Assembly: GCA_028870995.1 (NCBI GenBank)
Contig: JAGWOI010000002.1
Coordinates: forward strand, 110,463 to 174,462
Origin: Candidatus Omnitrophota bacterium
Lineage (GTDB): Bacteria; Omnitrophota; Gorgyraeia; Zapsychrales; Fredricksoniimonadaceae
Direction of reading: 5' to 3'
DNA length: 64,000 nucleotides
Shown here: one piece after another, positions 1-15,000 of the stretch
Position numbering within the stretch: position 1 is the stretch's first letter
How the letters are laid out: every line of letters begins with the position of its first letter
The notes under the pieces: generated by a model
Told to the model about the DNA's origin: nothing
Database searches by the model: none
What the model saw: only the letters and a program-made list of their open reading frames with translations
Program-made: the position numbers and the translations under genes

Positions 1-38
1 AACAAGCCTTTAATCCGGCCCCAGCCAAGGCAGATACT

Positions 39-3000
39 ATGCCCAGGCAAGGCATTGAGTACCAGCAGCCGATCCAGCCTGAGAAGTCCAGGCAGCCATT
101 TACGAACAGCCCGCAGAACCATAAAGATCCGTTTACCGGCCCGGTGACGCCTTATACGCCGCCGGCGCCTCCGGCACCGCAAACACCGCCTCCGACACCA
201 CCGACGCCGCCAGCACCGCCCACGCCGCCTCCGGCGCCGCCGAGCCCTGGCCCGACGCCGGCTGTGCCTCCTGTGCCTGATGGCAATGGTCCCGGGAATA
301 TGCCTGAGCCGACACCGTTGGCGGGTGGCGGGGGTTCAAGCAGCGGGAATGCGCCCATAGTGGCCCCGGCACCTCCTACAGCACCTATATTCTGGCAAAT
401 GGCCTTATTAGAAGAAGGGCCTAATAAGAACATTAATTTGGATAAGTCTAATATATTTGAAGGAAATAATACGGAGGGTAAAGTTTCGGCAACTTCGCCG
501 AGGACGTATATTCCGGTCCTGACTCTCTCTGCCAGCCGTTCCCTCAACGGCTCAGGCAGAGGAAATGAAGGAGACGAGGGAAATAGTAATGTAACAGAAG
601 TTGTTAGCAGTGATGAAGTTGCAGCAAATAGTTCAGTTTCTGGCAGTTTGCAGGAAAGTGGCTTAGCGCAAGCTCTGACCACTGAGAATCAAGAAGCAGA
701 AGCAAATGAAGCAGGCAGTATCAGCAGTGAAGAAGTAAGAAGTGCGGCAGTTGCAGTCAATGAAGTAAGAAGCACCGTAGTCAACAGCAGTGAAGTTGGT
801 AGTGTTGTACCTGGCAGTTCAAGCAGGAACGAAAGTGCAGCAAATGCAGTACATAATGAAATAAGCAGTACCACCGGCGTGGTGAACGCTGGTGCTATAA
901 GCGAAGCAGCAAGAAGTGCAGTAATAGAAGCAGGCAATACTCGTTCTCGTGTCCCGGCGGTTTTGGGCACGCTTATAGCAGTAATGGCTGCGTTCTCCCT
1001 AATAAGGAAACGCAACCGTGAAGATGTAAAGAAAGCGAATCTAGCCGGAAACGGCGAAGCTGAAAGAGGTGTGCGAGTTGCAGAAAGTGCGCCTAAGACA
1101 GCGGCCACCGTTGAAGGCATAAGCGCTCGAGGTGCGGAAGCTGTAGGAGGATCAGAGACCACAGCGGCTGCACAACTTCCGGCAACCTGGACGAAGTCTG
1201 AAGGCAGACTGGAAGATTCGAGTGGCGCCGTAAACGCTCAAACGACATATAGCGTCAGTTCGAGGACTGTATCTCGAAATGACGAACAGATATTACCTCA
1301 AGGTGTATGGACTGCGTCCGCGGAACGTCGCGAGCATCCGGAAGGTTCTAGAAGTCCGGAAATAAGCGATAAATTCCAGGCGCAAGAAGTGTTTGTTGAC
1401 CAAGCAAACACGACCGCCACAGCTGTTTCCACCGGCTTGCCCAAGGTGCAAAACAGAGGTGGATGGACTGCATCCTTAAAGAGGATCTTCGCCATAGGGA
1501 CCGTAACCACTGGTCTCTTCCTAGGTGCCCTTGGTGTATCTCCTGCCCTCGGGGCTGAACTGCCTGGTCCTATGCTGACCAGCGCACCTGCCCTGAGTGT
1601 GCCTTTGCGCGCGCAGAAGGCCATCGAACTATTTGGCGATCAAGGCTACCCGACTGCCGTTGTAACCAAGTCCATGGAAGGCCCGCAAGCGGCCATCTTC
1701 GGGCGGCTGGATAATGGCAAGTATTTCGAAGCCACAGTCAACAACACCAATGTCCTCGGCACCGATGAATTGCCTCCGCAAAACATCCAAGAAGCCCTCA
1801 GGGACAATCAGCTGGTTTGGACCATCGAAAGAACCTCTACGCTGCAGGCCTTCAGAGCCCTCCAAGACAATGACGTGGCCAAGGTGCGCCAATACAACAA
1901 GCAATATCAGAGACTTTTGAATAATGCCCGGATCTCCTTATTTAATCAAATCCCCAGGACCGTCATTTTCACCCTGTTTGATCCTGATACCCCGCAGGAG
2001 CGATTGCTTGATGCCAACGGAGAGATTTCACCCGTCAAGCTGGCCATGGTCAACCTGACCAACGCTGAGAAGGAGGCTGCGGCTAAACCTGCGGCAATGC
2101 AACCCACCAAGACAGCAACCGATGGATTGGTCCAGGCCGCCATCCAGAATCAGGTCATTTCCAATGCTGTGGCCAAGGCAAGTACGGACCATGTTGGGCC
2201 GCAGGTGGCACCGAGTAAAGAGCAATACAGCTCTATTAAGAAAGAATTGGATACAGAAAAAGCGTTGTTCTTAAACAAGAACATCTCCACCGATGAGACC
2301 AATGCTGTATTAGCAGAAACGATTTCCAGTAATTATGCCAAATTGGATACGGAAATGTGGGTCAATGAGAAATATGTGGCGGTTATCTATTCCTTTAAGA
2401 TGGATAAGAAGATGTTCACCGTCCTGCCCGGGGCTACATTCACCAATTATACCGGCTTCAATGATCAGGCCCTTAACTGGTTCTTAAATCAGCCTAATGT
2501 TCATACAGAAATTTATGAAAAGCCCCTGGATGCCAACCGCATTACCGACATCTCCCATATCAAAGAGTGGAAGCGTTTATGGAACGGGATGGATATTTTT
2601 GATGCCTTGAAACACAACCGGTCCTATGAAGTGCTGGTCAAATGGACCGATAAGAATGGTTCCCATGAAGGGGTGTTGAAGGCCGGCAGACGCGCGGTCG
2701 ATGCCCAAAGCACCATGGCCTTCGATAATTGGAAAGGTTCTCTCCTGTTGCAGGCCGGTCTGCAGTTGACGGATTTCAACACGTCCGCGGTTGATCAGGG
2801 CAGGGAATTGGAAGCTCAGAGAGCCAAGCTGAATACGATGTTCGGCGAGCTTAAGGACAAGACCCTGCTTCCTTCAAGCATCACCACGGTCAGCAATTAT
2901 CCGGCCACCTTCTTTAGGGTCAATCGCGATCAATCCGGCAGCATCACCAACATCACCGGGTTCTATGATAACTCCAGACTTGTGTATAAGAGGATAACCT

Positions 3001-6000
3001 TGCCCAGCGGTGAACAAATTGTTGTTCAGGCTTTTAAAGATACCGATGGAAAAGAACACACATTAAAATATTGGCCTATGAGAGATGACCAGCCGGTGAA
3101 AGCGTACAGCTTGCTGACGCCGTTGGAAGAAGCCCGCTTGAGGAACGGAGACAAGACCGTTTTGACGGCATACACCCTGCTCGATAACGGCAAGCCCGTT
3201 AATCCTTATACCCGCGGTGAAATCGTCCTCGGCAACAATGCCAACTGGGATGAATTGTTGGATGCCGCCACCTTGAAGATGGTAACCGACAACGAGGCCA
3301 GGGCCATCAAGTACAATGCCCAGACGCTGAAAGGGAAATTAGCCCTCAACGTGGCCCTGATTCCTCTGGATTTTGTGAACTTTACAGGATCAGGCGCCAT
3401 CACGCCGGGACTCAACCTTATTTATGATATCGAAAGAAAGGCTTCTGAGCCGGTCGTCAAGGCGCCTACAGCCGAACAGATCAGCGAATTCTGGGTCCCG
3501 TATTTGAAGGCCCGGGATGCCAATAATCAGGCAGCTTTAAAAACCAATGATTATTTCGCCGAGGCCAGGGACTTTGTCGCCTCCGTCCATTCCGACGAAG
3601 AATTAAAGGAGATGTATGGTTATTTGACCCAGCAGCATAACCAGGGTGTGGCGATGTTCATTTTGAACGAAACCGCCCAGCTGGCCAGCATCATGGAACC
3701 GGCAGGCGCGTTGCCGACCAAGCAGCACATTGAAGGATCTTACCAATGGCCCGTGGCTCGTTACCAGTGGCTGAATGATGTGCTTTCTCAGCGGTATTTC
3801 TCCTTTGGGGGCGAAGCCAATCCCGCCAACCTTATCTCGCTGGCGGTCCAGGGCCGCGCCTTGCAGTCGGTGCCTGCCAAGGACATCGGCAGCAGCGCTT
3901 ACCCGGTGGCTGATCAGATCTTCAGTATGGTTGGCTTTGGCGTGGATGTGCCGTCCATGATTAATGAATGGCATATGAAGGTCACCAATGATCCCTTGAC
4001 GGTTCCGTTTAAGAATTCACCTGAAAAGACCAGGATCAATATTTACGCACTGGGCTTCCCGCTCAATCTTATTTGGGATGCCCAGGATGCCAACACATTG
4101 AAGGCCATTGTCACCAACCAGGGTGTAAGGGACGATGATCACAAGTTTGATGCCTATAGGGTCGTTGACACGCACTTCCGCAGCAAGCCCTTCGGATTTA
4201 CCCGTCAACAGGTTGAAGAATTATTACAAACACCCGGCGTGGCCAGGGTGCCCGCCATGGTGAGAATGCATGTGGGCGGCGGTTACCTTCCTGTTCCTGT
4301 ATATCTTATCGAAGACGGCAACGGCGCCCGGAGCGTGCTTATTTTGACTTCGACCGGCGTGGAGCATTTGATTAACGAAATCAAGCAGGACATCCAGAAT
4401 TACGATAACTTCAAGAAGGCCATGGATGAGGGCGGATACAGGATCGATTACGGCGCTCAAGGCGGCACCTTTGATCAGAGGATTTGGAGCGGATTATTCG
4501 TCAGCCATGATTGGGATACCGACGTCTTCTTCGCCGGAGCCTATGGCTGGGATCAATACAACATGTTGGTGTATGCCTTGCATTCCGGCAATGACGGCAT
4601 TGCGAAGGGCATCTTGGACAAATATGAGTCCATCTATAAGACCGAGACCAAGGGCGGCCGGCCCTTTGGCGGATTTACAACGGTCATCGATGCGTACAGA
4701 GGAACGGTCACCGGGCAGAGAGATACGGCCGTAAGCGCTGCCATTGCCAACGGTGTCCTGGCGTATGAACAAGTCCATCAGGGCGACAAAACCTATGATG
4801 ACATGCTCAAGGCCACGGCCAAGTGGCTGTACAGCGTCTACGAGAAGAATGGTTACGGCGGCTTGTCTAATGTTGCCGGCAGCAAGGAAAGATTTGCCGA
4901 ACCTAATGCTGTTATTGCCGCCTTCTTTGAGAACTACGGCACCTTAAAGCATGAACATAAATTTACGGAAGCTTCGCAGAACATCACTACCTGGGCTTTT
5001 AAGAAACTTTGGGACGGCAACATGATAAAGGCCAAGGAAGGTCAAAACGGCTATTCCGCCGATGCCCAGACCCGCTGGTTGAAGTTCTTAGGACCTGAAA
5101 GATTTGCCCAGCATGCCTTTGGCGGCAATCAGAAATCCCAAGAGCAGATTAATCAAGACTTTTTGCAGTATCTCAAGAACATTGATACCGCCTTTGGTGT
5201 TGATGTCAACGGCGGCAGGATGCTTGATCTGGCGGACAAAGATTATGCCGCTTCCCGCGCCTTGACAGGCGACAAGCAGCATTTCGGTGTTCTTGAAGTC
5301 ACGGCCGAAGCCACAGAAGTGTTCACGCAAGCTCAATCTTATCTGAAGGGGAACCCTGATCTTGAAAAACTGATCAAAAAGTACACCGAGGGCATCATGG
5401 CCTATCGCGATAAGGAAACCGATACGGCCAACAGCAAGGTTGTCTATCTGCCTTATGCCACCGCACAGGATCAGGATACAGGGTTTGGCTACCGTACGCC
5501 TAAGGGCAAGGTCTCCTTGGCACCGACTTTAGAATTTGCCTTTAGCCAAAACGGCATTAACTCTTTAAGACCGTGGGCCACCAATTCCGCCCTTCCCCAT
5601 ATCCAGCGCCCGGCCGAGACCCTGACTTGGGACCAAGTTGTCAACAGCACCAGGGTTGAAGCCGGCGGCGCTAAATACCAGGATATGCGCGTTTTGATTA
5701 CCCGGTTGAAGCAGCAATACGATATGCGTCATTCTGATGAGCCATTGACTGCGGATCAGCAAAAGCTGCTCAATCAGGTAGATACCGAATTAAAGGGAAA
5801 ATCGAAAGAAACCATCTATGCCAATCCTAACGGCCAGGAAACTGTCTTCGTCACGCCTGCCGGTTTGGCTGAGCACATTATTCTTCTGGCTTCCGTTGAC
5901 CAACAGCATGAATTCCGTCAATTAGTAGCCAATCAATTAAGCAACTCTCAATTGATGAAAAAAGCCAAGACCGGCGCTCCCGGCTTTGAGATCGGCGGTG

Positions 6001-9000
6001 TGGCCTTTATGGATCCGATCACAGGAAGCCGTATCGGCGATATTCGCGGCAGCGACGAAGTCAGAAAGGTCTTTGAGGCCATCAGCAGGATGCCGGCCAA
6101 GGAACAATACTTTATTGATAAGGGCAACTACAACGGCTTTTTGATCAAGGGCTTTATTATTGACGGCCAAACCAGGAATGTTATGGCCAATGTCTTCTTC
6201 CCTTTAAACAAGGTGGTTGTTTCCCCAGCCTTGCCGGATTATCAGAACGGCGGCCAGACCAACAGTTATGTGTTTGAAAATAATAAGCTTCAATTCAAGG
6301 TGACGGACCAGACGGTGACCGTCTTCGAACATGAGGCCAAGACCGGTATTGTTTCCGACGCCAAGACATATGTCAATCGTGTCGGCAGCATTCAGGGAGA
6401 AGTCAAGGCATTGCTTGGACAGGCGGACCTTGCGGCCAGAAAGGCCTTGTTCACCAAGGAGGTGCCGTTGAAGGAGTCAGTCACCGTTAAGAGCGTCTTT
6501 GTTGACCCGACCACGCTAACACCATCGACCCTCGATGCCAAAAAAGTGACCCAGGTCAATCTGACGGCGGATTACCATACCGGTGTCATCAGTACGGAGA
6601 GCTATAGCATTTTTGCCAGACCGATAAAGGAGGCAGATAAATTTAAGGCGACAGACAATAGTTATAACGACTACGGCCAATTCCAGAGGTCCCAAGTTTA
6701 TGACAATGACGGCACGCTGCAGGCACCCAAGGAAGGCCAGTTTAGATTCATCAATACGACGGATGTCGGCCCCGGCTTGCGCGATTTAAGAGACCTCGGC
6801 CGCGGCAATTTCAGCTATGTGCTAAACCATGATGTGATCAAGGGCACAGATCGTGTCTTCGTGTTTGACAATGCCCGTCAGGGCCGCAAAGTTGGGTCTT
6901 TCGCAGTTGAACATTTAACCAAGCCGGGCTTATACGATTGGAATCTGATCCATACTTCTATCTTTGGTTATCAGGCCAATTTCTTTGGCGGGGAAATTCC
7001 AATTAAAACAGAAAGCGCCGTTAACGGCGTCTCAGAAAAAACAATCAATACCACAGGGTATAATCCGTTGACCGGAGAAACAACAGCCAAGCAGACTGAT
7101 CATTTCAATGCGGATTTGCAGACAACTCTCAAATGGAAGCCGCAATTCGAAAATCCTGTAGAGTTGCAGACTACGGATAAGCAGGGCATTGCCTGGACTA
7201 CGACAAACAAACCCAACAGGGACGAGACCATCATTGATTCCAGCACGACCATGAGTAAGGATGGCCAGACCGCCGGGGCCGCTACCGCCAGCAGTAAGTA
7301 TGAGGGCGGACAATGGACGGGTCTTAAGGTTAATCATTTAGGCCCGAATGCCAAGACCGATTGGTTGACAATCAAGCAAACCCAGAATGACTTTGGACAC
7401 CTGCTTGGTTCCGACACCCTGTATAGCGATCATTACGATGTTACGAATACGCCGGTTTACAATTCTTTAGGCCAGGAGACCAAGGCAGAGCAGGTTAAGC
7501 ACAATGATGCTGCGGGCTTCAAGAAGACGATCTATACATTTGATAACTATGGCCATAACCGTACTGATGGCCTGTTGACCCGCGTTCGCCATGATGCCGA
7601 GAGGACGCCGGACATGGTCAACAAGGACGTGACAGAGACCATTGATCTGGCCAGCGGGCTGACAATTAACGAAGATACGCCTAACGCTGATTTCCGTGAT
7701 GCGCAAGGAAATACCTATATCGGTACAGCCCATGATCAGTATGGATACGATGTCAAGCACCTGATGTTACCGGCAACAACAACCACCACCATGGATGTAG
7801 GCCGGGTGATGGGAACCATCCCCGGACAATTGCTGCCGTTGCCGCAAGCAGCCGTAAAGGTTTCCGATACAACCGCAGAGATTAAGGACGGCAAAGTGAC
7901 AAACACGGTCACGGATTCCCTGAGAAACGAGACCAGACATGAGACGGTTCTTCCTGATTTGCGCAACCGCGTGGCCGATATCACTAAGCATTTCGACGCG
8001 CAGGGCAAGAATACGGCCGCGCTAAATCAGGTCAAATTCACCACAGTCAACAGCATGGCCTATCCAGACGGTGAAGACCACAAGGCGAATAAAACCTCCT
8101 TTGTTACCCTTGATGTCAACAATGATTATGTCCTTCAACGTGAAAAGCCGGAATTTGCACCGCAAAGCGACCTTTGGCAGGACAATCACGCGGCTGTGCA
8201 AAGGAACACCCTCGAATTTATGGATGGCGCAAGACGGGTAAAGGCCGATATTTTCGACAGTACGCGCATTCCGGACGGCCGCGTGGAAAGACAATTTTTC
8301 GCCTATGCGGAAGATAATAACGGAGTCATGGGGCAGGCCGCCCAGTTCTACATGTCCCCGGTGCTGGAGATTAATCCGAAAACCGAGGAATTGACAAAGC
8401 TTTACGATGGGCGGGTTACCATCGGCTGGCCGTGGATGACCGGGCCTCGTCCAAGTTTTTACTTTAATCATGCCGGCAACGAGTACAGGCTTTATAACAT
8501 TAATAGAGAAGAACTCAGGTCTGGCATTAATGTTTTTGATTTCAATATTTCTAAGCCGACAGCGGTCATCAGCTTTAACGGCACGGTTAACTTTGAAGGC
8601 CATACTTACGGTATTTGGTCTCAAATCGACCGTAAAACCGGTGCCTTTGCCGGCGGTTGGATGCGCTCAGCCGGCATCAATGGCGCCCAAGATAATGAAA
8701 TTTTGTTTATCGCTTATAAGAACGGAACCATCGAAGTGGATGCGGCGGACAATAGCACCCAGCCCCGCACGGTCAGAAGCGGTACCATAGCCCTTAAGAA
8801 TAGCGAAGAACTCAAGAACTTTAAGCTGGAAGCCAGTGTCTTTAAACTTATTAAGTGGGATGCCTACGGCATAGTTTCCCGGAATGCCGACGGCCTTGCC
8901 AATACCCGTCTCTATGCCTTAAATGACATTGATATACAGCGGTTTTTGGATAGCAGTCCTAAGGGTAAGAGTATTGTCGATCAATTGAAACAGGCAGGCA

Positions 9001-12000
9001 TCTTGGAACAGGTCCCAGGAGCCAATAAGGTTCATTTGAAACAGGAGAACAATGGCACCGCTGAAACCCCCACCGCGGCCATCAATGCTTTGGAAACCCG
9101 CTTAAGCGCCATAGCAGGTCAAGATGCTGATAAGGTCCTGGAGATTTTGAGGCCCGGCAAAATCGTCGAAGGTTCACGAGAAGAGAATACTATTTATAAG
9201 ATTGATGAAAAATTGAATGCCAACAAACAATTCAGCCATATCGCCACGGTCCAGATGCAAGGTGATCCGGTTGCTGTCAGCTATACCCAGACCCAAGAGG
9301 GGGGCAAGCCTGACCTGCCGACGACCATTGTATTTGATTCCCAGAAACATGAACCGAATGTTTCCTTGTATACAGGCACCGGGGATGCCATTGCCTTGCT
9401 CAAGAGCATACATCCTAAGGAAGATACGGATGAGGTAGCTATTCTGTCCTTTGCCAGCGGTTTTTATACCCCGCGTACAGAGATTTACGAAAACGGCAAA
9501 GAGATTGTCCTGGCCTGGGGCTTTGAAGGGTATGCGGCCTCCTATAGCGGCGCTCCTGAATTGAAGAACCGCATCAATTCAGACCTTTGGCGAGCATTAA
9601 AGATACACTTTGCCGGCGACAATACGATTGAAAATGTCAAGTTTAAAGACATTAAGTCGCGTCTGGATGTCAATTTACAGCCTTTAACATATAGGAATAC
9701 GCTTGTATCCATGCCGGCTTTATATGATTATCTCAATACGGCTGATTTGCCTTGGCAGGTAAAGCCGCACGCTTCGGCCCGGATTGCTGCTACCAGCTTT
9801 TCCTTCAGGCAGGTTCCCGCCAATGTGCCTTATTATTTGGATGCTCAAGCCAAACTACCGCCGACGCAACCTGGTTTAACAACCAGCTTCGGCCTGGATG
9901 TTTCCCGATTTGCCGATACGAAATCCGTTTCCCAAATCATTCGCGCCTGGGATGCGCGGGGCTTACATAACGATGCCGCGGCCGCCTTAAGGTTTTATTG
10001 GGATGTCACCCAAGGCGGGACCAAGGATGTCAACGATTCTTATGACCGCGAGTTAGGCAGTCCCTTAATGTTCATCCCCGGCTTTAAAGCGCCCTCCTAT
10101 GCTCCGGCGAGTGCAGGTTCAGCCATTGCCGTGGCCCAGGCCGCCTGGGAGCACGCTAAGGTCAAGGGTATTCCTGCTCAAGAAGCTCTTTATGCCCGAG
10201 ATTTGACGGTCAACATCCTTAAGCATTTGGTTGGCAGCAATAATCCTGATCCCAACAAACAAAATGTATCTAAATACAGCGGGTACCGCAATATCGGCGT
10301 TTTGGCCGCACGCGCTCACGAAAAATGGGAAATTGACGGCATTGTGTTCTGGCCGGAGGCAGAGAGATTTATGACCGCTGACCAACTTAATCTTTACCTT
10401 TTGGCCGATGATATGGTCAAAGATGCCCAACTTAAGAGCTTTGCTGAAGATATACGGGCCAGGGAATCAAGGTGGATTGATACATTTATTACCAACGATG
10501 ATGTCCGCATGGGGGCCTTTGAAGTCCAGAACATTACTGATAAGAAGAACGGGACGGTTGTCTTTGCGCCGATGCCTTCAGTGACGCCTCAGGACATGCT
10601 TTTATATCTCCAGGTAGAACATACCCTCGGCCGCAGTGATGCTGAACTCCAAAAGATTTTTGACAGAACATCCAAAGCCTTCATGGTCGAGGTCAACGGG
10701 AAATGGGGGTTTGACTGGAACATCCCCAGAGGCCGAACCGATGCTATTTCAACAGAAGTCACGGCGCTGGCTTTCCGTACAGCCCAGAAAATTAATTACA
10801 CCGTACCCGCCCGAGTGCTTGCTGATCAACTGGCCAGAATTACAGCAGAAAACCAAGGCACGCTACCGGAGGCTGTAACGCCTGCCGGATACCGTACGGA
10901 TGACAAAGGGCTTATCACCGGACAAAATAATTACAGCATCATCCAAGACAAAGACGGCCGCTGGAGCCGTTCACCTGCGGCAGAAGCTTATTTGATCGAT
11001 CGTCCAGGGATTGGTCCTGTGCAACAACAACCGCAAACCATCAGCATTAAGAATGATAAGACCATTATTTTCAGTTGGAGAATTTTCAAATGGTTGGTTG
11101 GCGGATTCTTCGGTCTGGCCCTGGCCATCAGCGGAATGGGGGTCGGGATATGGCTGGTCCATCGCCGCAAGGTACGTAAAGTCCTTGAGGACAAAAAAGG
11201 TCTGTGGACAGATGAACTGACGGCCAAGGCAGCTGAGGAAGTTTATGCCCGCGATGTTCTGGGCGCCATTTCCAAACAGGCTGTACCGTTTGGCACCATC
11301 ACCTTAGGGAACAGCCCAATTGAAATCAACTTTGATACTAAATTGCGCGCCATCTATAAACTAGTCGCCGGCTACGTCCTTCGTCAGGGGATCGATATCC
11401 TATCCTGGAGAAAAGCTGTTGAAGAGATAGGCAGGACAGAACAACGAATTGAGCGGCCTTTAACCGCAACTGAAAAAGAAACCATCGTGTCCAAGCTGGC
11501 GCTGCAGGACAGTAAATACATGAGAGGATTAAATGAGTACCTGTTAATTGTTGCCTTTTTTGCCCGTCGCCTTATCAAGGACGGGGCAAAGGATGCGGGC
11601 AAAGGTAAGACCAGGACTTATGACAGCAATCACATTTGGAGCCGGTTGTTGATGTACCACGATGCCTACTATGACCGGTTCACGGCAGCCTTGGCCGATG
11701 GGGGGCAGGATAAATTTGATCTGGTCTTTAACGATATGGGCGCGCGCAAAAGAGAGGACCAGCCGGTAGATCTTAATGACAAGGCCGCTCCCATGCCGGT
11801 GAAAGGCATTCTTCTAACAGCCCTCGAACGCATGAATCTTATTCAGAACGTGATCCAGAATAATTCCCGTACGGCCAAGGAAAAAGTCATTCTTGAAGCC
11901 TTTGGGGTCAAAGGCGGCGTCAGGGACAATGGGGCTAAAAATGAGGAGGTTTATAATTATAAGAGAGTAACTTTGCCGATCGTTTTGGATGTTATTAGAT

Positions 12001-15000
12001 CCGCCATGCGTTCGCCTGCTGAAAGGGAACCTGTGAATCCGCAGGTGGACATCTTTATCAATAAATTCAATCAATTCATGAAAACAGAGAACCTCAAGCC
12101 CCGCCATCCCCGCGTATTAAGGTGGACAAAGATGCTGCCTATATTATTTGCCGGGAGTCTCTCAGGGGTCGTTAGCCTGGATGCAGCAATTGGCAGCGGG
12201 CATTTATTCACCTATTTCTTGTATAAGATGGTGCCGGCTTTGGTGGCTTCTCCCCATTTCTGGTTGGCGGCCGGTTTATTTGGCGCGGCCACGCTTTTGT
12301 GGATCATCCAGAAGAATTTAATTGAAACCTATCGCTTCAAAAATAATTACACTTCATCAATTAAGAACGGCTTGGTCTGGAACTGGAATATTTGGGAATA
12401 CAGCCGCCATATGATGCGGGCCATTGCCTCCATGATCTTCATTGGCGCCATTCTTCACCTGCCCGGCGTGGAAGGAACGGTGGAATTCTTTAAATACACC
12501 TTGGCAGTGCCGTTTGTATTTGAAATTTACGGGGCTATTTATCCGATGATGCAGACAACCATCAGCAGGATCACCCAAGTTGCGGCCGTGTTTGAAAATA
12601 CAACACAGCAACGCAGCGCTTCCGCAGCATTGAAACTATTGTTTAGAGGAAGATTCTTAGAGGCCTGGTACAACTTATCGCCTTTCACTTTTTCCTTACT
12701 GACCAGACTTAATAAACATAATTTCTTTGAATCCCGGTCCACTTCCGTTATCGGTGAATCTTTGCGGCTGACCTTCAGCCTGTCTGGTCCAAGCGGGGAT
12801 ATCTATGGTTGGATCATGTCAAAGTTCGTTTATGCGGGGATGGTTCTAGGGTTTATGGGCCTTGCATCTACCTTTATGGGCGTGCCGGTCATTGGCGGGT
12901 GGTTCTATAACAACTATTTGATCCATTCTTCCGTGCCGAAGATGATTTTTGCCATTATCGCTTATGGGACTGCCCTTATATTGGCCCGCCAGGCCATGTC
13001 ACAAATTGTTGGTTCCATCGGCAAGGTGATCAGCGCTTGGCCCTTGATGGCGGCAGCCATTGGTATAGAGATAGCCACGGTTAAAATGGTCACTCCCATG
13101 CTGTTGGGTATGGGGGTGGCTCATCCAACAGCATTGCTTATCAATGGATTGGTTACAGGCATCTTGATGGGAATGGTCTTATTGGATAAACCGTTACGTA
13201 AATGGCTTGATGATCGTGAAATCAAGAACATTAAGAAGGAATACGAAACGATCAAAGCCGAGCAAGACAGCGCGGGAGAATCTCATAGGATAGGAATCAT
13301 TTACCAGGGAGGAGACGCGCTCGGTGCCGTTAAGAGATTGGCTCAAAAACAAACCTTGGAACGTTGGGAGTACTTCAGAACGCATGATCCAAAATCCGCC
13401 AAAGCGTACTTAAAAGCATTTGGTTGGAGTTCTCAAGAAGCAACCAGATGGCTTAAGAGGCTGCATGAACGGGAAGACCATTCTAAGGTGACCTTGTGGT
13501 TCCCGGGACAAATCGAAGCTGGTGTTATTCCGGATGTTGCCGCCGTCAACGACAACAATGAAAAGGTTTATGTTGAGCAAGACGAGAAACAAAATATCCT
13601 CAATGCCTTGCAATTGAGATTGTTCCTGGTGGCCATGCTTTCCGGCGGCGGCCAGTCGCAAGATACAGGGGTGGCTTTGCTCAATATGGTCATGGCCATT
13701 AAAGAGGCCGGGATGCAGGATGAAGTGGTGCTGAACATCATGGCCAACAAGTTTAATGACGCCTCTTCGATTCCCACGGAAGAAAATTGGAAATGGGATA
13801 CGGACCTAGGGCAGAGGATTAAACTCGCACATTTAATTGACCGGTATTCCGACGTGAAGGTCAATATTATCCATGACTGGACCCCATTTGGCGCCAAGGC
13901 CACGGCCATGACCGGTATAGACCTTGTGCCGGGCATCCTTTCGGGCCAGCAGACCCGCCCTACCAATGATTACGATTTTATGCTGATCATTGATCGCAAT
14001 GCGGTGGTGAACAACATGAAACTTTTTGTCCATGATCTGCGCCGGGCCAGGGTCGATCCCAACACTGTTATCATCGTTACCAGCCGGGGCACCACCAATG
14101 TGCTCATGCCCATGGGGCAGGCTTCCATGAGCATCGAGGAGGGACATCGCGCTGCCATTGCCGGCTCCATGCTCACCGGCGGTTCCGCCGGTGAAGCTAC
14201 GGGTACAGGCTGGGGGAACATCTTGCGCAACACCTATTGGCCCACTCAAATGGCCATGATGCACAAGGATTTTCCGATCAAGCCTCTGACTTCTTCCGGA
14301 CGTCGTCAGCGTGGATTCTTGCGCAGCTTGTGGCATGGTCAATTCGGCCTTATTGGGTTTGCTCCCAATGCGGTGGGTATCAGCGAGGACATTTGGGCTG
14401 TGCAACAAGCTGCCCACAACTTAATGGCCATGGGCTATATGCCGGTGTTTAAACGCGGCAGATCCTTCTGGCATAAATTGCGTGAGACATGGAGCCAGCC
14501 TGATTGGATGGCGGCCATGCCGCGTTGGGCCGGCGGCTATATCCAGAAGATGGGGGACCTTGTCATGCAGGAAGCTTGGGACTTCGGCCCATTCTCATTG
14601 GATGCCAAGGAAATCCGCGAAAACAATGGAGACTTCTTCTTCAATGCCCGCCTGGGTCTTCTGAACGTGGTTCTTACACCGTTGGCCATTAAGTTCGGCG
14701 TGCTGCCATTCGTTGGGGTCAATGTTATCTTGTGGCTCATCGGCTTTATTTTTAACCAGGTACTTACAGTCAATGGTTTGTTGGCCCATATGGAAGGCCG
14801 CGGCTTCAATAGGCCGGCTGCCTTCTTCGGCGCTGCCATTGGGGCCGTGGCAGGCCTGATGGGTGGGGCAACAATGTCAGGGATATCCATAGCTCCTGTT
14901 ACTGCCTTTGCAGGGTTTATTATCGGCGGATTTGTCACGGCCTTTGCTCAATGGATCAAGACCCGCGGACGTGATTTCTTATTGTTTGCTCCGCTGCTTG

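Noticed and set aside
7-22. 16-nt exact match (CCTTTAATCCGGCCCC) to the PyrR element at 62905-62920
   Set aside because: About one 16-mer match is expected by chance among all position pairs in 64 kb. This copy is inside coding sequence and lacks the GAGGCT half of the site.
39-41. ATG at 39 as the true start of the giant gene
   Set aside because: There is no upstream in-frame stop within the window and no convincing RBS, so the gene probably starts further upstream.
6260-9500. Classical RHS polymorphic toxin
   Set aside because: No PxxxxDPxG core terminator, C-terminal toxin or immunity gene; only degenerate YD-like turns are present.
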